Shown here: positions 14,978-25,164 of the stretch, in pieces
Numbering within the stretch: the stretch's first letter is position 1
Layout: the number at the start of each line of letters is the position of its first letter
Assembly: GCA_035568175.1 (NCBI GenBank)
Contig: DATMON010000004.1
Span: forward strand, 374,864-438,863
Length of the DNA: 64,000 nucleotides
DNA from: Chthoniobacterales bacterium
Lineage (GTDB): Bacteria > Verrucomicrobiota > Verrucomicrobiia > Chthoniobacterales > UBA10450
Reading direction: 5' to 3'
Position numbers and translations under genes: made by a program
Notes under the pieces: model-generated
Databases searched by the model: none
What the model was told of the DNA's origin: nothing
Seen by the model: the letters and a program-made list of their open reading frames with translations, nothing else

Positions 14978-16129
14978 ATGGAGGCCGGCCCACAAATCCT
15001 AATTGTCGACGACGACGCGGGCAGTCGAAAGCTGCTGGCGCGGATGCTTTCGTCAGCTGGGTACAGGTGTCGCGAGACGAACAACGCGACCGACGCATTA
15101 GATCTCGTCCATCAAGAACAACCGGCCCTGCTGTTGCTCGATTTCGAAATGCCGGGAATTGATGGCGCTGAAGCGCTAAAACGGTTGCGGGCTGATCCGA
15201 ACCCGGCGATCGCTCGGATGCCGGTAATCATGTTGACCGGACACGGTGAGAGCGAGGTGAAATGTCTCAACGCCGGAGCGGACGATTTTGTCGTCAAACC
15301 GATCAGCGCCGAGGTTTTGCGCGCGCGGATCGAGACGCAATTGCGGTTACATTCGCTGCGCATTCAGTTACAGCAGCAAAATCAGGAATTAGAAGCGTGG
15401 CGCCGAAATCTCGAGCGCGATTTGGCCGCGGCAAGGCTGACGCAGCAGTCCCTGATTCCACAAAAGCCGCCGACCCTGACCGGATGGGAAATCGCCGCTT
15501 GTTACCGTCCGGTGATTGAGGTCGGTGGAGACATTTACGGATGGCTGCCGATTAAAAAAGATCGCTGGCTGTTCTGGATCGCGGATGCAACTGGTCACGG
15601 CGCCTCGGCCGCTTTAATGACAACTCTCGCCAAACTTCTGTTCCACCACGGCCACGAAGAACACGACCGGCCGCCGGCGATCATGGAAGCAGTGAACAAT
15701 GATCTGCGCGGAATTTTTGGTGGTCGGTCTTTCATGAGCGCAATGTGCGTGGCACTGGATCCGAATAACGGAAAGGCGAGCGTGGTCGGCGCGGGTCACC
15801 CGCCATTGCTCGTGACTCGATTCGGTCGCGGCACCGAAGCGATACCATCTTCGGCGCCGCCCCTCGGATTAGTGGAGCAATCGCAGTTTGCTGAAACGAT
15901 TCTCGAATTGAATCCGGGTGACGCGTTCACCCTTTACACCGACGGATTGTTTGGTGCAGCCAAGAGCGGCCGGCCACGATCGACACCGACGCAACTTGCG
16001 GGAATGATCAATCCTTTTGCTGCCAGCGCGGACGCGTTGCTCGAGCTGATGTTGAAAGCGGCAACGCCCGATGCCAGCGAATCGCCGCCAGACGATGTGG
16101 CCGCGGTTGTGGTACGTCGATCCAATTAG
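14978..16129 (+). CDS. Response-regulator receiver + PP2C/SpoIIE phosphatase
   Basis: 383 aa. REC domain ('ILIVDDD..LLLLDFEMPGIDG..VKP') followed by PP2C ('GGDIYGWL..WIADATGHGASAALMTT..LYTDGL..DDVAAVVVRR'). Confidence 0.85.
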   Translation: MEAGPQILIVDDDAGSRKLLARMLSSAGYRCRETNNATDALDLVHQEQPALLLLDFEMPGIDGAEALKRLRADPNPAIARMPVIMLTGHGESEVKCLNAGADDFVVKPISAEVLRARIETQLRLHSLRIQLQQQNQELEAWRRNLERDLAAARLTQQSLIPQKPPTLTGWEIAACYRPVIEVGGDIYGWLPIKKDRWLFWIADATGHGASAALMTTLAKLLFHHGHEEHDRPPAIMEAVNNDLRGIFGGRSFMSAMCVALDPNNGKASVVGAGHPPLLVTRFGRGTEAIPSSAPPLGLVEQSQFAETILELNPGDAFTLYTDGLFGAAKSGRPRSTPTQLAGMINPFAASADALLELMLKAATPDASESPPDDVAAVVVRRSN

Positions 16130-16195
16130 CAAGAAAAAAAAATTACCACGAAAATTAGTGTTGCTCTGCCGCAAACGAAGCATTAATCAGCCTGT

Positions 16196-16474
16196 ATGCC
16201 GAAAACCAAAACTCCTTCAAAACGCAAGCCCAATCCCGCCTTCATGAGACCAGTCCAACCCGACGACAAGCTCTCCGCTATCGTTGGTTCAAAACCGTTG
16301 CCACGGTCCGAGCTCACCAAAAAGCTCTGGGACTACATCAAGAAGAACGGTTTACAGGACAAGACAAAGAGAACTCAAATCAACGCCGACGATGCCCTCC
16401 GAGCGGTTTTCAATGGCAAGAGCCAGGTCAGCATGTTCGAGATGACGAAGCTCGTTTCGGGCCACATTCGTTAG
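16196..16474 (+). CDS. SWIB/MDM2-domain protein
   Basis: 92 aa. 'LSAIVGSKPLPRSELTKKLWDYIKKNGLQDKTKRTQINADDALRAVF' is the canonical SWIB fold signature. Confidence 0.8.
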   Translation: MPKTKTPSKRKPNPAFMRPVQPDDKLSAIVGSKPLPRSELTKKLWDYIKKNGLQDKTKRTQINADDALRAVFNGKSQVSMFEMTKLVSGHIR

Positions 16475-16613
16475 GCGGCGAATTGCAGTTCGACTCCCGC
16501 GTAACGACGCGGGGCTGGAACAAACTGAGCGAGTTAACCCGCGTCAGTAGCGTTTGCGTTGCAGCTGGCTGGGGCACACTTGCGTCACAGAGCCGATTGA
16601 ACCAAATTTCGGC

Positions 16614-17060
16614 GTGAAAAATTTAATCGTACCGATTGCGGTCATATTGGCCCTCTCCGGCGCATCCTGCGCGCGCGCCGATCAGGCATGGACGACCGAT
16701 TACAAAAAGGCCCAGCAGGAAGCGCAAACGAGCCATAAGCTCTTGCTCCTCGATTTCACCGGGTCCGACTGGTGTGGTTTCTGTTTTCAGCTCGACCGGG
16801 CGATCCTGAGCCGCTCAGAATTTAAAGACTACGCGAGCAAGAACCTCGTTCTGCTGGAGGTCGATTTCCCGCGCCGTAAAGCGCAGAGCGTTGAAACAAG
16901 AAAACAAAATCAAGAATTGGCGGCGCGATATCAGGTCGAGGGTTTCCCCACTCTTGTTGTGCTGGACGGCGAAGGCAAAACACTGTGGCGCTACGACGGT
17001 TTGTACATGGGCGGCGTCGCAGCATTCCTGGCAGAATTGGACAAAGTCCGCAAAGGTTGA
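16614..17060 (+). CDS. Secreted thioredoxin-fold protein (WCGFC active site)
   Basis: The track ORF starts at 16554. The GTG at 16614 gives the signal peptide 'VKNLIVPIAVILALSGASCARA'. Motif 'DFTGSDWCGFCFQL'. Confidence 0.7.
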   Translation: MKNLIVPIAVILALSGASCARADQAWTTDYKKAQQEAQTSHKLLLLDFTGSDWCGFCFQLDRAILSRSEFKDYASKNLVLLEVDFPRRKAQSVETRKQNQELAARYQVEGFPTLVVLDGEGKTLWRYDGLYMGGVAAFLAELDKVRKG

Positions 17061-17106
17061 GCGCGTCTTCCAGGGGTTTGTCGATCCTGGGAAAATCGAT
17101 TCGCTG

Positions 17107-19047
17107 CTATATTTTGGTCGCTTCGAACGCGCGTTGAAGGACACTCGCCAGTTCGTGACGAGTGAACGGTTTTGCCAGCGCTGCTCGAAAGCCGTAGGTC
17201 AAGAATTCGGCCAGGGCTGCTTCGTCCGAATAACCGCTGCAGATGATCGCCGTGACATTCGGATCGACATCCCGCAGCCGCTCAATCGTGGCCACGCCCC
17301 CCATTCCACCGCGAATCGTTGCGTCCAGAATGACCGCCTGAAAATTTTCACCGATCCGCATCGCGTCTTCGTAGGTTTTTAACGCTTCCGAACCATCCCG
17401 CACTGCGGTCACTTTGTAGCCGAGCGTCGCAAGTAGATCCGAAGTCAGATCGCGAATGGCGGCTTCATCATCCATCACCAAAACGCGCTGATGGTTGAAA
17501 CTGAAAATTTCATTGGCCAGCGTCGGCTCGGGCAGTTGTGGTTCGGCGTCGGTAGCCGGCAGATAAAACGCAAATGTCGATCCGTCCGGCGAGGTGCTTT
17601 CGAGATGGAGCAGGCCGCCGTGCTTTTTCACGACCGAAAAGCTGATCGATAAACCAAGCCCGGTCGCCAGCGGCTTGGTTGTAAAATAAGGATCGAAAAT
17701 CTTGGTCAGCGATTTTGGATCAATGCCGCCGCCGTTATCTACGACCTGCACTTTGACATAACGGCCGGGCCGCACCGGAAGACCAGAGTTGGCGTCGATT
17801 TCAAGATTGCTTGCCGAAAGACGGACAGTCCCGCCCTGCGGCATCGCCTCGCGTGCGTTGATGATGAGCGCATTGATCACTTGCTCGATCTGCGCCGGAT
17901 CGACCGCGGATCTCCAAAGGTCGTCTGGGATATCCACATCCGCCCGGAGGTTGGATCCATGAAGCGAAAATTCGGCCGCTTGCGTAACGAGCGCGGATAT
18001 CGAAGCGACTCGCTTCAGCGGCGTGCCGCCTTTTGAGAACGTGAGCAATTGGTTTGAAAGTTGAGCGGCGTGTTGCGCAGCCCCGCCCGCTCTTGATAAG
18101 AACGAGTGCAGATTTCCAGAACTGCCTGGAGCTTCGATTTGCGCCAAACCGATGTTTCCCGAAATGACTGTCAGGATGTTGTTGAGATCGTGGGCGATTC
18201 CTCCCGCCAGCGTCCCGAGCGATTCCAGTTTGCTCGTGGTCAACCGCTCTTCTTCAACGCGTTTACGATCCGTCACGTCTCTTAAGAAAACTGAAACACC
18301 GCCTCCGCTGGGATAGGCGAGCAGTTCAAACCACACTTTGCCGCTCGCATCACTTGCTTCGAATTCGACGGCCACTTGTTCCGACATGGCGCGTCGATAA
18401 TTCTTTTCGAAGGTGTCGCGCGTGAACTCTGGAAATTCGATCCAGAAATCCTTGCCGATCAGGTCTTGGCGCCGCCGATCGAGCAGCTTTTCCGCCTGCC
18501 GATTGACGAACGTGAATTTCCAATCTCGATCCACCGCGAAAAATCCGTCGCTCGTCTTTTCCAGGATATCCGTCATTTTTCTGACCGTTTCCTGCAACTC
18601 CGCCCGCGCCTGGCTTCGCTCGGCGAGCGCACGAATCCGTCGTTCGGCTACCGAAAGCCGGACATTCAAGCGCGCCGGGTCGAGCGGCTTAGTCAGATAA
18701 TCGTTCGCGCCGGCTTGAAGCGCCTGTTCCAAGTCCTGCGTGTCATCGCGTGCCGTGACTAGAAGAATGAAAAATTCGTCGCCGTTCGGCGCGGAGCGTA
18801 ATTCCCGGCATAAATCCACCCCACTTTTGCCTGGCAACATCCAATCCAAAATCAAAAACGGGAAAGGTCGCTTCGTCAGCTCAATTTCCGCTTCTTCGGC
18901 GCTACTGACCGCAACAACTTCGTGTCCACGCCGTTCGATCAGCCGCTGCAATGCCCTTCGACTTTCCAGATGATCTTCAACGATCAGTATTCTCATTTCT
19001 GGAGATATGAAAGCTTCCCGAAACCGATTCGACCGAAGCAAGCGCAA
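17107..19047 (-). CDS. Hybrid sensor histidine kinase (REC-PAS-HisKA-HATPase-REC)
   Basis: 646 aa. N-terminal REC ('ILIVEDH..LILDWMLPG'), PAS, H-box 'GGIAHDLNNIL', N/G boxes 'NAREAM..DNGGGI..GLGL' and a C-terminal REC ('VLVMDDE..VILDATIRGG'). Confidence 0.9.
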   Translation of the reverse strand: MRLLRSNRFREAFISPEMRILIVEDHLESRRALQRLIERRGHEVVAVSSAEEAEIELTKRPFPFLILDWMLPGKSGVDLCRELRSAPNGDEFFILLVTARDDTQDLEQALQAGANDYLTKPLDPARLNVRLSVAERRIRALAERSQARAELQETVRKMTDILEKTSDGFFAVDRDWKFTFVNRQAEKLLDRRRQDLIGKDFWIEFPEFTRDTFEKNYRRAMSEQVAVEFEASDASGKVWFELLAYPSGGGVSVFLRDVTDRKRVEEERLTTSKLESLGTLAGGIAHDLNNILTVISGNIGLAQIEAPGSSGNLHSFLSRAGGAAQHAAQLSNQLLTFSKGGTPLKRVASISALVTQAAEFSLHGSNLRADVDIPDDLWRSAVDPAQIEQVINALIINAREAMPQGGTVRLSASNLEIDANSGLPVRPGRYVKVQVVDNGGGIDPKSLTKIFDPYFTTKPLATGLGLSISFSVVKKHGGLLHLESTSPDGSTFAFYLPATDAEPQLPEPTLANEIFSFNHQRVLVMDDEAAIRDLTSDLLATLGYKVTAVRDGSEALKTYEDAMRIGENFQAVILDATIRGGMGGVATIERLRDVDPNVTAIICSGYSDEAALAEFLTYGFRAALAKPFTRHELASVLQRAFEATKI

Positions 19048-19236
19048 GCATGTCCGACCTCCAAATAATGTCGGAGCAGGATGGCTGCCAAGGAATGACG
19101 TTATCCGGGGAAAAGACGCGAATCAGATTTTTCCTTACGCAAAGATCGACATCTTATACGAAGGCAAGTCGCGCACCTTGCGTTACGAGTGGCCTCTGCT
19201 AGATACAGCGAAAGTTTGGCGCAGCCGCAAAAATTC

Positions 19237-20040
19237 ATGCTCATCTTTCGCTTTCTCCTTTATCTCATTGCTTCGATTGGAATTGCCACTGTTCAGGCCG
19301 ACGACGCAGTCGCGCCGCCAACGGACGAAAAAACCAAGGCCGCGGCAACAGCCGAAGCCGGAATCACTTTCGATTGGGTCCACGTCGATGGACCTTATAT
19401 CGCAATGACTTTCGATGACGGCCCAAGTGCGAAATTGACGCCCAAGCTACTCGATCTGCTCGCTGCCCATCACATCAAAGCCACATTTTTCCTGATCGGC
19501 CAAAACGTTGCCGAAAATCCCGAAATCGTAGCGCGAGAAGCGCGAGAGGGACATGAAGTCGCGAACCATAGCTGGTCGCATCCGAACCTCGCCAAGATGT
19601 CGGACGGCGGAGTTCGTGATCAATTACGCAAGACCGACGAGGCAATTCGAAGTGCGGCTGGCCATGGTCCGACTTTGTTGCGTCCGCCTTATGGCTCAAT
19701 CACAGCGCGGCAAAAAAAATGGATCAACCAGGAATTTGGTTACAAGATTGTGCTTTGGGATGTCGATCCGTTGGATTGGAGACGGCCAGGACCAAATGTC
19801 GTTTGCAATCGCATCGTCAAAAACACTCGCGCGGGGTCGATCGTTTTGGCGCACGACATTCATCCCGGCACGATTGAATCGATGCCATGCGTGCTGGATC
19901 AACTCGAGGCCAAAGGATTTAAGTTTGTCACCGTTTCGGAACTGATCGCAAAGGAAACACCGCTTCCGCCGAAACCTTCGCCATCGCCGAAATCGGCCGG
20001 CGCAAGATCGACATCCCCCTCGCCCACACCGCACGACTGA
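19237..20040 (+). CDS. Polysaccharide deacetylase (NodB/CE4 family), secreted
   Basis: The ATG at 19237 gives a signal peptide 'MLIFRFLLYLIASIGIATVQA'. Motifs 'MTFDDGPS', 'HSWSHP', 'LRPPYG' and 'VLAHD'. Confidence 0.85.
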   Translation: MLIFRFLLYLIASIGIATVQADDAVAPPTDEKTKAAATAEAGITFDWVHVDGPYIAMTFDDGPSAKLTPKLLDLLAAHHIKATFFLIGQNVAENPEIVAREAREGHEVANHSWSHPNLAKMSDGGVRDQLRKTDEAIRSAAGHGPTLLRPPYGSITARQKKWINQEFGYKIVLWDVDPLDWRRPGPNVVCNRIVKNTRAGSIVLAHDIHPGTIESMPCVLDQLEAKGFKFVTVSELIAKETPLPPKPSPSPKSAGARSTSPSPTPHD

Positions 20041-20050
20041 TTTTGCCGGC

Positions 20051-21769
20051 ATGATCGCCGACCGATATTTGCAGCTCAAGGTCGAGCTCGAAAGCGGCCT
20101 CGCCGGCTTAATCAAGCTCGGCTCGGAAATGCAGCGATCGGCTGAAGAGCTGGACACGTTGCAGGCGCTGCTGCGCGATATCAGCGAACCATTGCTCTTT
20201 GTCGTCGTCGGCGAAGTGAAATCCGGAAAGTCTTCGCTGCTCAATGCTCTCTTCGGCAATGAATTCGCCAAGGTAGATGTCTTGCCGGCGACCGATCGAG
20301 TTTACATTTTTCGCCACGGCGCGGACGAAAAATCGACGGAGGTTTCACCGAAACTGACCGAGCGCCATCTGCCGATTCCGTTCCTGCGCGACTTCAACGT
20401 CGTCGACACGCCCGGCACGAACACAATGGTGAAAGAGCATCAAATGGTAGCGGAAGATTTCATGCCCCGCGCCGATATCGTTCTTTTCGTGTTCTCGGTC
20501 GCAAATCCGTGGACGCAATCAAACTGGGAATTTCTAGATTTTCTCCAAAAAACCTGGCTCAAGAACGTCATCTTCGTCCTCCAACAAATCGATTTGCGCG
20601 GGCCAACTGAAATCGACGTCATCCATCGGCATCTTCAGGACACCGCGATGCGGCGGCTCGGATTCGTCCCGCCGATCTTCGCCGTATCGGCGCGCAAGGC
20701 TTTGCTCGCCCGAACAATCGGCCTGGACAAGGAGCGGCTTTGGGAAGAGAGCGGGTTCGCGCCATTGGAAGAACAGATCAACTTCATCGTCACCGAATCG
20801 AGTTCGCGAATGCTGAAGCTTCGCTCAACCTTTCAGGCTTCACGGGTCGCCCTGGAAGATTTGAACCGCGAAATTCGCGGATTCCTGGACAGAATTTCAA
20901 CGGATAGCGCGGTGCTCGATAGCCTCGATGCATTGCTCCGGACGCGCCGCGAGCAAATGCTCCGCCAAGTGACGGCCCTCGTGCACGAGGTGGAGAGCGC
21001 TTATGACGAGTCGACGAAGGAAAGAACGACGCTGCTTTGCCAGGAGCTGACTTGGTGGCGCAGCTTTCAGCTGATTTGGCGGCGCAGCGTTGGATACCAA
21101 GAATTGCACGGAAAAATCGAAACGAGACTGCGACAACTTCTGCAGCCGCAAATGCAAAAGGCAGTCGGCAAATTGGAGATAGATTTGCGTGGGCTCTGGC
21201 CGCAGATGCAAGACCTTCTCGAAAACCAATTGTCCAGTGATCTTCAGAAACAGGCCCGGCAAAGCGTCCCGGATTTTGCCGGTCAACGACGGGAGCTCTC
21301 CGAATCAATCCAAGCGGCCTTCATCGACATTATCGCCGGTAAGACTCTCCAGGAACGGCTGGCCCAGTCTTATTCACAAACGGCGCTTTCGCTACGCCTT
21401 GTCGCCGCAATAATCGTGATTGCTGGAGCCGTCGGATTTTTTGTAAAAGCGCGGAGCGAAACGGCGGCTATTGTAGCGTTCATCGTCGCAGGAATTGGCG
21501 CTGTCCTGGCGATTTTTCTGGCCTTCAATCATCGTCGAAAAGTTCTGCGCGATTATGAACGGCAATTGTCTCCAAAACGCACCGAGTTTTCCCAAGACCT
21601 CGAGAAACAATTCGCCAAGGCGATTGATGCTTTCTGCTCGGAAATGGCCAAGAAGTTCCAGGATTTAAAAGAAATCTGCCAAACCCAGCGCCAGCGTTAC
21701 GAACCGTGGTGGCAACGCGCGCAAGAATTGCACACGAAGCTAGCCGAATTGAAACCGCGGCTAGGGTGA
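20051..21769 (+). CDS. Dynamin-family large GTPase with a C-terminal TM hairpin
   Basis: 572 aa. G1 'GEVKSGKSSLLNALFG', G3 'DTPGTN', a long helical stalk and two adjacent TM helices ('LRLVAAIIVIAGAVGFFV', 'AAIVAFIVAGIGAVLAIFLAF'). Confidence 0.7.
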   Translation: MIADRYLQLKVELESGLAGLIKLGSEMQRSAEELDTLQALLRDISEPLLFVVVGEVKSGKSSLLNALFGNEFAKVDVLPATDRVYIFRHGADEKSTEVSPKLTERHLPIPFLRDFNVVDTPGTNTMVKEHQMVAEDFMPRADIVLFVFSVANPWTQSNWEFLDFLQKTWLKNVIFVLQQIDLRGPTEIDVIHRHLQDTAMRRLGFVPPIFAVSARKALLARTIGLDKERLWEESGFAPLEEQINFIVTESSSRMLKLRSTFQASRVALEDLNREIRGFLDRISTDSAVLDSLDALLRTRREQMLRQVTALVHEVESAYDESTKERTTLLCQELTWWRSFQLIWRRSVGYQELHGKIETRLRQLLQPQMQKAVGKLEIDLRGLWPQMQDLLENQLSSDLQKQARQSVPDFAGQRRELSESIQAAFIDIIAGKTLQERLAQSYSQTALSLRLVAAIIVIAGAVGFFVKARSETAAIVAFIVAGIGAVLAIFLAFNHRRKVLRDYERQLSPKRTEFSQDLEKQFAKAIDAFCSEMAKKFQDLKEICQTQRQRYEPWWQRAQELHTKLAELKPRLG

Positions 21770-21791
21770 GAATCCCCGCGCGCCCTACGCC

Positions 21792-22628
21792 TTATTTCTT
21801 GGAGTTGGCGCCGGATCCTTGCTGCGCCAGCTTTTGTTCCATCTGGCGACGGGCAAGCACAAAATTGTTGTTCTCCCCATAACTGCGCCATGGGCCGGGC
21901 GGCACATCCTGGGTATTAACAAACTGCCAGTCGGTCACGTCGGTGGGTTGTAATCCAAGGTAATCGCGCACCGCGGGTGAAACGTCCAAACCGGCGCCAT
22001 GGTTGAGGTTCGGCTTAGGCCGCTCGTTACCAAAGACATATTGAAAGTGATCGGTGCGAAACGGACCGCAATCCTCCCATTGGGCATAACAAGTGCGATT
22101 GCCTCTGCGGATCGCAATCCAGTGATGCCAGCAAACCGATTGCCCCTGCCCCATGTAGGCTTGTTTGAACCACGGAATAACCAACGGCGCTTCCGGCTTA
22201 AATTGGCCGTGGGTCACGTCGTTGTAAGGCAACGCGCAATAAAATGGATTCTGCCGTGGAACGAAAGAAACCGGAATGTAGTTACGCCGTTCGGATTTCT
22301 CGGGATTATCGAATCCGCCGTAATTCGATTGCCAGTTTAAATCCCACGAGCTGCGGAAGTTCGGCACCGGATTATTTCCGCCGGCCTGTTCTCCGACCCA
22401 GAACACCGTGGTCACGATGTTCGTTTTCCACGCATAACGCTGGATCGCCGGCCGCGAACTTGTGGGCACGAATACTTGCGGCTCGACTTTAAGCAGCGCT
22501 TTCTCTCGAAGCTTCATTGCATACTTCGCGAAGTCGGCCGCGGTCGCGTAAGGCGAACTCGATTGCTCCTCAGCTCGCAGCGCACCGAAGGCGCTGGTCA
22601 AGAGTAAGAGGGCAAAGATTCGTCTCAT
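21792..22628 (-). CDS. Secreted hypothetical protein (W/Y/N-rich)
   Basis: Start taken at the ATG at 22628 ('MRRIFALLLLTSAFGALRAEE', signal peptide). The longer track ORF would overlap nadB. No family assigned with confidence. Confidence 0.5.
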   Translation of the reverse strand: MRRIFALLLLTSAFGALRAEEQSSSPYATAADFAKYAMKLREKALLKVEPQVFVPTSSRPAIQRYAWKTNIVTTVFWVGEQAGGNNPVPNFRSSWDLNWQSNYGGFDNPEKSERRNYIPVSFVPRQNPFYCALPYNDVTHGQFKPEAPLVIPWFKQAYMGQGQSVCWHHWIAIRRGNRTCYAQWEDCGPFRTDHFQYVFGNERPKPNLNHGAGLDVSPAVRDYLGLQPTDVTDWQFVNTQDVPPGPWRSYGENNNFVLARRQMEQKLAQQGSGANSKK

Positions 22629-22741
22629 GGCCAAAGGGTGGCCTGTTTGTATCCGATTTTCCCGGCTGGCGCAAGGCCTTTTCATTATGGAAAAACCAGC
22701 GCCGGTGGCGGTTACAAATCGTAAAGCACTATCTGTTCCAG

Positions 22742-24340
22742 CTATACGCGGCTGACGAGAGTACTCCGGCCGTATTCTCGATCGTTTTTCTCCGGATGAT
22801 CCAACGTGTAATGCAAACCGCGGCTTTCCTTGCGACTCAAGGCCGAGTCGACAATCAACGCCGCTACCGTGGCCAGATTGCGCAGCTCCAAAAGGTCCAC
22901 CGACACTTTGAAGTTCCAATAAAATTCCCGGATCTCGCGCTGGAGATTACGCAAGCGCGCACTCGCCCGCTGCAGCCGTTTGTCCGTCCGAACAATTCCC
23001 ACGTAATCCCACATTAACCGCCGGATTTCGTCCCAGTTATGATAAATCACCACCAGTTCATCTACATCCTGAACGTCGCCCGATTGCCATTCAGGTAATG
23101 AAATGGGCGACGTTGCGCGCGATGGGCTTCGTTCCAGCATCATCGCCTCGCACGCCCGATGTGCCACGACCAAACCTTCGAGCAGAGAATTGCTGGCCAA
23201 ACGATTCGCGCCGTGCAATCCGGTGCAACCAACTTCGCCAATCGCGTACAAGCCGGGCAGACTGGTCGCGCCGTTCACATCGGTTTTGATTCCGCCGCAT
23301 TGATAATGCGCTGCCGGCACGACCGGAATCGGCTGCTTCGTCATTTCGATCCCAAAGCGCAAACAGGTCTCGTAAATATTCGGAAACCGCCCGCGCAAAA
23401 ATTCCACCGGCTTTTCAGTGATATCGAGAAATACGCATTGCGCGCCAGAGCGCTTGATCTCTGCGTCGATTGCGCGCGCGACAATGTCTCGCGGCGCAAG
23501 CGACCCGCGCGGATCGTAACGTTTCATAAAATCTTCACCGCGATTGTTCCGGAGGATGCCGCCCTCACCTCGAACGGCTTCCGAAATCAAGAATGATTTC
23601 GCTTTCGGATGAAACAGACAGGTGGGATGAAACTGAACAAACTCCATGTTCGCAATTGTCACGCCGGCGCGCCAGGCCATCGCCACGCCGTCGCCCGTCG
23701 CGATGTCCGGGTTGGTTGTGTAGAGGTAAACTTTTCCGCAACCGCCGGTCGCGAGCACGATCCGATCAGAACGAATCGTCTCCACCTTGCCGCTGTCTTC
23801 GTCGAGGATGTAAATGCCGAGACAACGATCTTCAGCTGCGTAGCCGATCTTGGCCGCCGTAATCAAATCGACCGCCATGTGATTTTCCAAAAGACCGACA
23901 TGTGATTGCCGCTCCAATTCGCGCAGCAATGCGTTCTCAATTTCTTTTCCGGTCACGTCTCGCACGTGCAGAACGCGCCGCTTCGAATGCCCGCCTTCGC
24001 GTCCGAGGTCGAATTCGCGATGCCCGGAAACGTCGCGTTCGTCGAACTGCATGCCAAGCTCGACCAAATCCTGAATTCGCACGGGAGCTTCGGTCACAAT
24101 CGTGCGGACCACGTTCTCGTCACACAAGCCGGCGCCCGCTTCGAGCGTGTCGCGCACGTGCAGCTCGAAAGAATCTTCATCGCTTGTTACACAAGCGATT
24201 CCGCCCTGCGCCCAGGCCGTGTTTGTGTCCGGCCCCTTGCGCTTGGTGATGACCGCCACCGAGCCGCGTTTCGCTGCCTTGAGGGCGAAGCTGAGCCCCG
24301 CGATGCCGCTACCGATCACAACGAAATCGTACTCCTTCAT
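22742..24340 (-). CDS. nadB: L-aspartate oxidase
   Basis: 532 aa. FAD fold 'DFVVIGSGIAGLS', 'ATGGCGKVY' and 'RLASNSLLEGLV' are NadB/succinate-dehydrogenase-flavoprotein-family motifs. Confidence 0.95.
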   Translation of the reverse strand: MKEYDFVVIGSGIAGLSFALKAAKRGSVAVITKRKGPDTNTAWAQGGIACVTSDEDSFELHVRDTLEAGAGLCDENVVRTIVTEAPVRIQDLVELGMQFDERDVSGHREFDLGREGGHSKRRVLHVRDVTGKEIENALLRELERQSHVGLLENHMAVDLITAAKIGYAAEDRCLGIYILDEDSGKVETIRSDRIVLATGGCGKVYLYTTNPDIATGDGVAMAWRAGVTIANMEFVQFHPTCLFHPKAKSFLISEAVRGEGGILRNNRGEDFMKRYDPRGSLAPRDIVARAIDAEIKRSGAQCVFLDITEKPVEFLRGRFPNIYETCLRFGIEMTKQPIPVVPAAHYQCGGIKTDVNGATSLPGLYAIGEVGCTGLHGANRLASNSLLEGLVVAHRACEAMMLERSPSRATSPISLPEWQSGDVQDVDELVVIYHNWDEIRRLMWDYVGIVRTDKRLQRASARLRNLQREIREFYWNFKVSVDLLELRNLATVAALIVDSALSRKESRGLHYTLDHPEKNDREYGRSTLVSRV

Positions 24341-25164
24341 TCGAACACAATGTTGTCGATCAAACGTGTTTTCCCAAAAAAAACCGCAACAGCGAGAAGC
24401 GAACTCGACTTAACGGACTCGGTCGGCTGCAAAGTGGTCGCGTCCACCAGATCGACATAATCGATCCGCGCCAGCAGCGCTTCACTAATTATCTTTCGCG
24501 CAAGATCGACAGTCTCCTTTGCGGATTTCTTTCCAGACTCTTTCGCGGCCAGCAATGCTTTACGCAAAACCGCAGCCTGCTTCCGCTCCTCGGCGTTCAA
24601 ATACGCGTTGCGCGAGCTGCAAGCGAGCCCATCCTCTTCTCGCACTGTCGGCACGGCCACGATGTCGATCTTGTAATTCAGATCGCGCACCATTCGGCGG
24701 ATGACAGCGAGCTGCTGAAAATCTTTCTCACCAAACACGGCCGCGTCAGGTCGCAAAATGTTGAATAGCTTCGCGACGACTGTGCAGACGCCGCGGAAAT
24801 GTCCCGGCCGCGATCTGCCTTCGAGCACGTTCGAGAGCGAATTTTCATCGACAAATGCCGAGCGATTATCCGGATACATCTCGGTCGCGCTCGGCCGAAA
24901 CAAAAGATCGACATTCAATTTCCGGCAGAATTCTTCATCCTGTTGTTCCGGTCGCGGATAACGCTCGTAATCGCTCCCGGGTTCAAACTGCAGCGGATTC
25001 ACAAAAATGCTGACAACCACTTCACTATCGTTGCCCGCCTTCTCGCGCGCGGCTCGAATCAATTCACCATGCGCCCTGTGCAACGCCCCCATCGTCGGCA
25101 CCAGCACACGCGGGCTTTTCTTCGCCTGATTCTGCGCTTCGGCAACTGTTTCCAAAACCTTCAT
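24337..25164 (-). CDS. panC: Pantoate-beta-alanine ligase
   Basis: Start at the ATG at 25164 ('MKVLETV..VLVPTMGALHRAHGELI'). It makes an ATGA overlap with the upstream methyltransferase stop, and its own stop overlaps the nadB start. Confidence 0.9.
   Translation of the reverse strand: MKVLETVAEAQNQAKKSPRVLVPTMGALHRAHGELIRAAREKAGNDSEVVVSIFVNPLQFEPGSDYERYPRPEQQDEEFCRKLNVDLLFRPSATEMYPDNRSAFVDENSLSNVLEGRSRPGHFRGVCTVVAKLFNILRPDAAVFGEKDFQQLAVIRRMVRDLNYKIDIVAVPTVREEDGLACSSRNAYLNAEERKQAAVLRKALLAAKESGKKSAKETVDLARKIISEALLARIDYVDLVDATTLQPTESVKSSSLLAVAVFFGKTRLIDNIVFE

Noticed and set aside
16481-16513. 'GCAGTTCGACTCCCGCG', which resembles a tRNA T-arm, downstream of the SWIB gene.
   Set aside because: No acceptor, D or anticodon arms can be drawn around it. 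The local structure is just a 6-bp hairpin (CCCGCG/CGCGGG), possibly a weak terminator.
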